Source: Bacillota bacterium | GTDB lineage: Bacteria; Bacillota; JAAYKD01 | Assembly: GCA_963666425.2 (NCBI GenBank) | Contig: OY762825.2 | Location: 1,536,001-1,600,000, forward strand | Direction: 5' to 3' | Length of the DNA stretch: 64,000 bases | In this document: in pieces, positions 57,549-64,000 of the stretch | Position numbering within the stretch: position 1 is the first letter of the stretch | Layout: each line of letters starts with the position of its first letter | The notes under the pieces: model-generated | What the model was told of the DNA's origin: nothing | Databases searched by the model: none | What the model saw: the letters and a program-made list of their open reading frames with translations, nothing else | Translations under genes and position numbers: made by a program

Positions 57549-58322
57549 TCAATTTTGCATGCTCGATGATTCTGCTATGTAAATTTGCTCATAAACATCA
57601 AGCATAGTTTCTTTACTGCGCGTGATGTGAATGGCTGCTAAATCTATGTCTAGAGTACGCATTTTTTGAATACAGATTTGAATATCGTTATAGACTTCAA
57701 CCGGAGCAGGGATCTTATTTGCCGCATTGATAAGTGGAAACAGGCGAAATACATCCTGCCGATGCTTACGCAAATCGCGGTCGTTTACATGTGCTCCGCG
57801 AGCTTTACGATCTGTAAGATCCAGCCAAGCTTTCATTTTTAATGGAATGATATGAACTGCATCCAGCACGGAGACATCACCGGCAACTGCTCTGCCAGCC
57901 AGAAGGAACTTATAGTAGCTGTCATTCAATAAAATAGCCGAAAGGCTGGTTATCTCATCGTCAATATGCAGAGGCATGAGATGGCCGATTGCCTGAAGTT
58001 GAACCCCACTTTGAGGGCGTGAGAACAATTCTATCATTTTAGGGTAAGCAGGGTTAGTAGGATTAACAAACCTATAAAACTTTGGCTGTCCAATGCTGCT
58101 CAAGTGTGTTGTATAGTCACCATCTTCAATGAACTGCCAAATAGCTTTGCCAAAATCTGTTGTTAAGGCTTCAATGATAAGCACCATATCAATATCTTGG
58201 GTAAGCCGAAAGTCGAGGCCCGCGTCACTCATCAGCAAATCGCAGGCCATGCCTCCGATTACCGTGTATTGTTCTTTATATGCACTGAAGTGTTCCCTAA
58301 AAACCTCAATTCCATGCGCCAT
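57549..58322 (-). CDS. Nucleotidyltransferase-like protein (AbiEii-like, putative toxin)
   Basis: N-terminal IGGMAC...RLTQDID (GG...RxTxDxD); C-terminal LKMKAW and KHRQD. Confidence 0.65.
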   Translation of the reverse strand: MAHGIEVFREHFSAYKEQYTVIGGMACDLLMSDAGLDFRLTQDIDMVLIIEALTTDFGKAIWQFIEDGDYTTHLSSIGQPKFYRFVNPTNPAYPKMIELFSRPQSGVQLQAIGHLMPLHIDDEITSLSAILLNDSYYKFLLAGRAVAGDVSVLDAVHIIPLKMKAWLDLTDRKARGAHVNDRDLRKHRQDVFRLFPLINAANKIPAPVEVYNDIQICIQKMRTLDIDLAAIHITRSKETMLDVYEQIYIAESSSMQN

Positions 58323-58339
58323 AAAAACAACTCCTCTCT

Positions 58340-59326
58340 TTAACCCTCAGTTGGCAGCCCATACTTTTCGCGTATTGTATCAAGACCACCTTGAATACGC
58401 TCATCAGTTACTGCTCTCAGGCTAAGCAGTAAGGAAATATCATCGACTATTTCGCCTTCGGATAAAGCTTTTGGATCGTAGTTCCATACTTCTATAATGT
58501 GACCACCAAAGTCATTGAATTTTTTTTTTGTAATGATAGAATCTGGTAAAATGGCTTTTACATCTTTTCTCGAAATGACAAGGCCGCCATCAGATGTATT
58601 AGCATTCACCATTGTCAGTTTTGATAATGCTTGAAGGCCGCCGTATTTGTATGCAGCATGATTCTGCAATGATTTTACATAGATCTCTTTATCAACGGGC
58701 GAGCTCATTCGCAGCATTGCTTTTTGCAGTATTTCATCCAGACTAAGGGCAGGAGAAAGCCATTTGTTTGTGCCTACTGTTCTTTGAGCGAAAATTCCGG
58801 AATCGGTTAAGTCATCAATGGCTCTGGTGCAGCTCGACTTTGCAATATTTAATGCTCTTACTATTTGCGTAAGGTTAATCTGCACTTGCGGGTTATTCTT
58901 ATATTGATAGTACAAATATAAAAATACAACCTGAGTCATTGGAGCCATTTTGTCAGCAACAGCAATCTCTCGTTTAAAACGATCGCTGAAGCTACAGCCC
59001 CAAAACGGAAGATATACTTGGTGCGGTATTGAAATGAATGGTGTGTTGCTCTCAAGAAGATTCTGCCGCTGCGCTGCAGAAAGGTTATCCAGATTTAGAA
59101 CACAATTTATATTACACAGTGAACCTATGATTTTGAGTTGCTTTTTTAGAGAAGAAAGCCTAAGAGAAGTGTCATAAGGTTTGACAACCAGGCATTCGTT
59201 ATTATTCCAAGTTAGTTTTTGTGCAGTATATCCATCGTTAATATAAAAGGGAACATTGGGCGGGAAGGAATAGGGTACGCTTTTTATTGTTGTACCGAAT
59301 ATGGTTTGAAGATAATCCAACATCAA
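58340..59326 (-). CDS. HTH (MarR/AbiEi-like) protein, putative antitoxin/regulator
   Basis: HTH-like LTQIVRALNIAKSSCTRAIDDL; VYLPFWG, WNYDP, VDDISLLLSL and DERI; 17 bp upstream of the NTase gene. Confidence 0.65.
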   Translation of the reverse strand: MMLDYLQTIFGTTIKSVPYSFPPNVPFYINDGYTAQKLTWNNNECLVVKPYDTSLRLSSLKKQLKIIGSLCNINCVLNLDNLSAAQRQNLLESNTPFISIPHQVYLPFWGCSFSDRFKREIAVADKMAPMTQVVFLYLYYQYKNNPQVQINLTQIVRALNIAKSSCTRAIDDLTDSGIFAQRTVGTNKWLSPALSLDEILQKAMLRMSSPVDKEIYVKSLQNHAAYKYGGLQALSKLTMVNANTSDGGLVISRKDVKAILPDSIITKKKFNDFGGHIIEVWNYDPKALSEGEIVDDISLLLSLRAVTDERIQGGLDTIREKYGLPTEG

Positions 59327-59353
59327 TATTGAGCCTCCTTACACTTTTTAAGT

Positions 59354-59418
59354 AATTGTTCCAACCGACTTTGATTGTACCATAGCAAATGGAACAAGTC
59401 AATTACGTTGGAACAATT
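59354..59418 (-). promoter_or_regulatory. Promoter overlapped by a nested inverted-repeat operator
   Basis: TTGACT-N17-TACAAT (59402-59374) within AATTGTTCCAAC...TTGTACCA...TGGAACAA...GTTGGAACAATT. Confidence 0.75.
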
Positions 59419-59742
59419 TGTGAAAAAATAAACCCGCTCGGTTAGTATTACCGCCTTGACTGATTGTTTAACCAGCAGAGCCAAACGCACTTCGGCGGTG
59501 ACAGCATAACATGCAACGCTTCGGGCGAGATACTATCTCGCTCGGCGGAATGGTCAGTGTATGGATCATAGTGAATTGCAAAATAGCATGAGTTGACCCT
59601 TCAGAAGGAACACGAATCCCGGCTGTAGTCGACTTTCTCTGCATAAACTTCTGTGAAAATAATGTTTGTGCATTTTAGAGCATAAATTCCACAAATTAAA
59701 AAGTTTGTGCTGCAATGGGAAAAATAATAGGAGGCGAGCAAA

Positions 59743-60222
59743 TTGATAGCAATCCAGGAGTATGTGTATGCGTTGCAGCAGGCCTATTTCTTTTATGAAA
59801 CAAAGCGCTTTGATGTAAAAGGCAAGGAGTATCTCAAGACGCTTGGAAAATACTACATTGTCGAAATTGGCATGAGAAACTATTTGCTCGGATTCAGGAA
59901 TATTGACAGAGGTCACGTTCTGGAGAACATCGTCTGCTTTGAACTTCTAAAAAGAGGGTATGACGCTGCAATCGGGAAAGTGGAGAACCTTGAAGTTGAT
60001 TTCATAGCAACCAAGCCTGAAGAGGTTTTGCATATCCAGGTAACAGAATCCATGCTTTCCGAAGAAACACGCGCTCGAGAATTGAGACCTTTGATGAAGA
60101 TTCAGGACAATTACGAGAAGATCGTTTTATCCTTGGATGATGACCTCTCAAATTCATATGATGGGATTAAGTCACTCATCCTTGTGAATTGGCTGATGGA
60201 AGACTGGATAGGGTGGAAATAA
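59743..60222 (+). pseudogene. C-terminal fragment of an AAA_14/DUF4143 ATP-binding protein
   Basis: KYYIVEIGMRN, LENIVCFEL, EVDFIA and IQV; the N-terminal Walker A region is missing. Confidence 0.75.
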
Positions 60223-60247
60223 CCATTTGCGCATATTTATCTAAGCC

Positions 60248-60314
60248 ATAGGGAATGACCATTGGTCATTCCGCAAACGAATACGATGTGCGGAACGATG
60301 GATCATCATTTCCG
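60248..60314. repeat. Degenerate REP doublet
   Basis: ATAG-GGAATGACC-ATT-GGTCATTCC, then a decayed GGAACGATG...CATCATTTCC. Confidence 0.55.
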
Positions 60315-60372
60315 GCAAAGCTTTTTGCTAATGCAGTGATATTGTTTTTGATGAAACACTATTTTTGTCATC

Positions 60373-60397
60373 GTAGGGGCGAGGCATTGACTCGCCC
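60373..60397 (+). repeat. GTAG-REP of a second family
   Basis: GTAG-GGGCGAG-GCATTGA-CTCGCCC. Confidence 0.6.
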
Positions 60398-60416
60398 TGC
60401 GTCACTCCGCAAATTG

Positions 60417-60463
60417 AAAAGGTCATTCAAAACAGCTGATTAAGCGTTTTGAATGACCTTTTT
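60417..60463. terminator. Bidirectional intrinsic terminator
   Basis: AAAAGGTCATTCAAAAC...GTTTTGAATGACCTTTTT. Confidence 0.85.
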
Positions 60464-60480
60464 ATAATTGATAAAATACT

Positions 60481-61179
60481 CTATTGTTTTCTAAACTGCT
60501 CCGCCAAAAATTCCATATCTCTGGCGTAAGTCAGCTTGATGTTCTCTTCACTGCCCGGTATGATGCCAATCTTCGTCGCCGGCAAGTATTTTCTGATCAC
60601 GCCGCAGTCATCACTGGCAAACTGACTGTTGTCTTTCGCAGCCAGTTCATAGGCTTTGGCAATCACCCGCTGACGGAACGCTTGCGGGGTCTGGCAGCGG
60701 TACATCAGACGCCGCTCCGGAATGGCGTCAATTTCGTTACTGTCCGCTTTACTGACTAAAATGGTATCGACACTGGGGATGGCGGCTGTTACCGCTTCAT
60801 AATTTGCTGCTGCATCAATCGCCGCGGTAATCGTCTCTGCCGTGACCAAGGGTCTCGCTCCATCATGAAAGAGCAGCCAACTTTCCGGTTGGTCGGCATA
60901 TGCCTGCACTGCAATTAAGCTTGATTCGCTGCGCGTCGCACCGCCTGCTAATATTTTCTTTACTTTCGGGACTCCGGCAAATAGCGTCCGTACCCATTGC
61001 AGCTGTGCCTGCGGCACCACCAAAGCAACTTCTGTGATACCGGGATGCTGCAGAAACGCCTCTGCCGTGTGTTCCAAGACAGTGCGTCCTTCGATCGGCC
61101 AAAACTGTTTTGGCATTAAGCCGCCCATCCGTGTACCATAGCCCGCTGCTAAAATTACTGCAATCGCCATTTGCATCAC
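60481..61179 (-). CDS. ispD: IspD/TarI family cytidylyltransferase
   Basis: LAAGYGTRMG, PKQF, HDGARP, QTPQAF and NIKLT. Confidence 0.85.
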   Translation of the reverse strand: MMQMAIAVILAAGYGTRMGGLMPKQFWPIEGRTVLEHTAEAFLQHPGITEVALVVPQAQLQWVRTLFAGVPKVKKILAGGATRSESSLIAVQAYADQPESWLLFHDGARPLVTAETITAAIDAAANYEAVTAAIPSVDTILVSKADSNEIDAIPERRLMYRCQTPQAFRQRVIAKAYELAAKDNSQFASDDCGVIRKYLPATKIGIIPGSEENIKLTYARDMEFLAEQFRKQ

Positions 61180-61278
61180 CCCATTCTTTCTCTCATCGCT
61201 TCACCTATTATAGCGAACTTGCCTGGCAAATGCAAATAGTTTTCTTGTTGTTTGACGTCATTGCCAGATGAAATTATC

Positions 61279-61328
61279 AAAAAACGCCCCCGGAACACTC
61301 ACAAAGAGTATTTCGGGGACGCTGTTTT
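61279..61328 (-). terminator. Terminator after the surface-protein gene
   Basis: CG-CCCCGGAA-ACTC/GAGT-TTTCGGGG-CG hairpin with an A-run on the + strand (U-run on the - strand). Confidence 0.7.
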
Positions 61329-61379
61329 GTTATCATCTCACTCTAGGAGTGAAATAACTTCAATCGCTGAACCTTGTTA

Positions 61380-64000
61380 TTACTGAGGGATAACTAAGGT
61401 AACGGTTTGAGTTACTGCATTCCAGTCAAGGGTAACGCCAATGGCTTCCATAATTTCTCTCATCGGAACTAAGGTGCGATTGGTGGCAGATGCAACAAAC
61501 GGAGCTTCCAATAAGGTAACATTCACACCATTCACAACTGCAGTTTTGGAGCCAATAACCATTTGAATGGTATTGCCTTTTACAACAGCGGTGATGGTCT
61601 GTGTCGCTTGATTCCAGCCAACAGTACCGTTGAGCAAGCTTTCGAAGACGAAGCGGACAGGAAGGAAGGTGCGGCCGTTGACAACAACGGGAGCCTGGTC
61701 CATACCGGTCATCGCAGCGCCGTCTTTGGTTGCATCTAAGGAACCAATGGTCAGAACGACAGTAGCGGGTTTCAGATATTCAATATTCAAAGTGGACAGG
61801 GTAGCATTGCCTTCGGTATCGTAAGCAAGAACTTCAAATGTGTTCACGCCAACAGATAAGCTGGAGACGGTGAATTTTACATTGCCGTCCGGACGAAGCA
61901 AAGCTTTGGTATCGCCAATCCAAACTTCAGCAACCTTGCTGCCATCAGTTACTTTGAAAGTAATGGTGGAAGGAAGGGTGGTTACGGTATAAACGTCATC
62001 TACGGCAACAATCGGACCAGCGTTGTCTCTTACAACAGGAATTGTTACAGCAAATTCAGCAATCGCAGGAACGGTGATGGTTGTATCCCAAACTGCATCG
62101 AGATCGGTAACTTGCAGAGTCAATTTACCAACAGCAGTCGGAGAAACGGAGAGAACAGCTTTGCCATTGGCATCTGTTTCTACAGTAGCATTGCCAGCAA
62201 AAGCAGCGCCGTCGGTCGGGATGATTTCATAGCCCTTCATCGCAACGCCATTGGCATCGGTCAGGGTGAGGCTAAGATCTACAGCATTGCTGACTTCGAG
62301 TTGTTTGACGCCGCCCAGATCAAGTTTCGGGTTGGCAACAGTCAAAGTAGCAACAGTGATCGCACCGGAACCAAAGTTCGCTTTGATGGTCAAAGCAGCA
62401 GAGGTAACATCATCATAAAGAGCATATTCCGGGTAGATGGTCACAACGCCAGCGGTAACCGCAGGAATCGCAGTGCCAGCACCGGCAGTGGTGGTGTTCG
62501 GGTTACCAACTAAGGTTTCGTCGGTTTTGATGGTAGCGGTTAAGGTGCCATTGTAGCTGGAATCGAAGGTGAGAACAACTTTTTCACGCACACCGGCGGT
62601 AATTGTGTTGCTTTCAACGCCGTTCACAGTAATTTTGACAGCAGGAGCAACTACGTTAACAGGAACAACAACCATTTTCTCACCACCGGTGGTGCCAACA
62701 AGGATGTTGAAGGTGCCGGTAGCAGTCGGAGCAAAGGTCAATTTTACGGAGTTGCCGTCATAGGTGAAGGCAGGAACTTGGCTGCCGCCAACAATGGCGT
62801 CTTTGTCTTCCAAGAAGACATAGGTCGGTTTAATGGAAGTGCCGTTGGTATCAACCATTTTCAGGGTAACAGATTGGTTGGATTTACCGGCAATCAAATC
62901 AGCAACAGCGGCTACGGAGTAGCTGGCGGTGCCGTAAATGGTTTGGGTATTAAAGGCTTTCAATACGCCGCCATTGGTGGTAACTGTGCAGTATAATTTA
63001 GCAGGAGCAACCAATTTAATCTTAGCAGCGTAAACGCCGTTTTGAATAATGGTGGTAGCGCCAATTACGCTGGTGGTATTGGTAGCAGTGCCATAAGCTT
63101 CATCATCGGTATCCCAGACTTTGAAAGCATTGATGGCTGTTGCAGAATTGAGGTAATCGGTGGCATACCAAGTTACAGTCGCGTTATTGATGGGAAGTCC
63201 ATCGATATCGGTGACAACAACTTGCAGGTTGACTTCGTCGCCAACATTGCCGATGCCGGCAGCAGGAGTATAAGCAGCCATATAACCAGAAACGGTAATG
63301 GTCTTGCTGAAGGTTTCAGTGGTGTCATCATCATAAGTCGCGGTGCCGGCGATCGTGATCACGCCTTCGCCATTGACGGTGATGGTCTTCTGAGCGGCAG
63401 TATAGGTAGCGCCGGCATCATTGCTGGCAGGAGAGGTGACAAAACCGTCAAACGGGCTGGCAATGGTGATGGTCTGGGAAGCAGTGCTGACAACAGGACC
63501 GGTTACTGTATAAGTAACTTTTTTGATCAGCTTGCTGCTCGGAGAAGTCCAGCTTAAATTGACATTCTGTGCGGTCATGGAGACGGGCACATTTTTGGTC
63601 AAGGTAGCTACATTGGCAGTGGTATAAAGGGTATCGGTATTGTCAACAACGGTGAATGTAGTGGTCGCAGAACGATACGGCTTGTAGTCAGCAGCGTCAG
63701 CGATTTTATACATATCAGTAGCGGTGTTGGTGCCAAGAACGACAGCATCAACCGTATTCTTAATGAACATGGTTACGTCAACGGTATAGGTGCCGGCATC
63801 AAAGTTCGCATTGGGAATGGCTACGGTAACAGCATATTCGCCATCCGCAGGAACCCAGGTAGCAATCGCCGGAAGCACAGTGCCGTCCGGAGTGGTGATG
63901 TTAACCAAATGATATTCGGTGGCAGCGCCTGTTAAAGCGGTAGTACCGGTTTTGTTATCAAAGGTTAAAACAACATTCTGGGAAGAAGAACGCAGGGTGG
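61380..64000 (-). CDS. Large Thr/Val/Ala-rich surface (S-layer-like) protein with C-terminal copper-amine-oxidase N-terminal (stalk) domains; 5'-partial
   Basis: Frame is open to the window edge; APVVVNGRTFLPVRF and NRTLVPMREIMEAIG motifs; Ig-like beta-rich segments; double TAA stop. Confidence 0.8.
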   Translation of the reverse strand, partial: TLRSSSQNVVLTFDNKTGTTALTGAATEYHLVNITTPDGTVLPAIATWVPADGEYAVTVAIPNANFDAGTYTVDVTMFIKNTVDAVVLGTNTATDMYKIADAADYKPYRSATTTFTVVDNTDTLYTTANVATLTKNVPVSMTAQNVNLSWTSPSSKLIKKVTYTVTGPVVSTASQTITIASPFDGFVTSPASNDAGATYTAAQKTITVNGEGVITIAGTATYDDDTTETFSKTITVSGYMAAYTPAAGIGNVGDEVNLQVVVTDIDGLPINNATVTWYATDYLNSATAINAFKVWDTDDEAYGTATNTTSVIGATTIIQNGVYAAKIKLVAPAKLYCTVTTNGGVLKAFNTQTIYGTASYSVAAVADLIAGKSNQSVTLKMVDTNGTSIKPTYVFLEDKDAIVGGSQVPAFTYDGNSVKLTFAPTATGTFNILVGTTGGEKMVVVPVNVVAPAVKITVNGVESNTITAGVREKVVLTFDSSYNGTLTATIKTDETLVGNPNTTTAGAGTAIPAVTAGVVTIYPEYALYDDVTSAALTIKANFGSGAITVATLTVANPKLDLGGVKQLEVSNAVDLSLTLTDANGVAMKGYEIIPTDGAAFAGNATVETDANGKAVLSVSPTAVGKLTLQVTDLDAVWDTTITVPAIAEFAVTIPVVRDNAGPIVAVDDVYTVTTLPSTITFKVTDGSKVAEVWIGDTKALLRPDGNVKFTVSSLSVGVNTFEVLAYDTEGNATLSTLNIEYLKPATVVLTIGSLDATKDGAAMTGMDQAPVVVNGRTFLPVRFVFESLLNGTVGWNQATQTITAVVKGNTIQMVIGSKTAVVNGVNVTLLEAPFVASATNRTLVPMREIMEAIGVTLDWNAVTQTVTLVIPQ

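Overview
A 64-kb window from a moderate-GC anaerobic bacterium, probably Bacillota (T-box, sigma-A-like promoters, stalk-domain surface protein). The core genes cover peptide and amino-acid scavenging, nucleoside salvage, galE, a T-box-controlled type-2 ileS, ABC transporters, a P-type ATPase with two TrkA-type proteins, a complete citrate lyase operon, uppP and ispD. The main result is an RNA-guided IS110 (bridge recombinase) system that can be read directly from the sequence. Four 1,500-bp IS110 copies, in two pairs, each sit at the CT dinucleotide between a GTAG-type REP hairpin and its CTAC tetranucleotide. The non-coding left end folds into two internal loops. One loop carries ACTGTTCCCT and GATGTAG, which match the REP target. 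The other carries TGGCTGG and GCGAG, which match the donor circle junction. The targets lie in unusual REP satellites: a 129-bp tandem array with 8-bp sub-repeats, and REP doublets flanked by 44-bp repeats. Empty targets and a diverged left-end relic are also present. Other highlights are a ykkC subtype-2 (ppGpp-like) riboswitch upstream of two S9 peptidases, an orphan ~200-nt structured RNA with its own promoter and terminator, an IleRS2 with a GVHH motif in place of HIGH, and an AbiE-like gene pair with a four-site operator. All alignments and folds were done by eye; no database searches were run.
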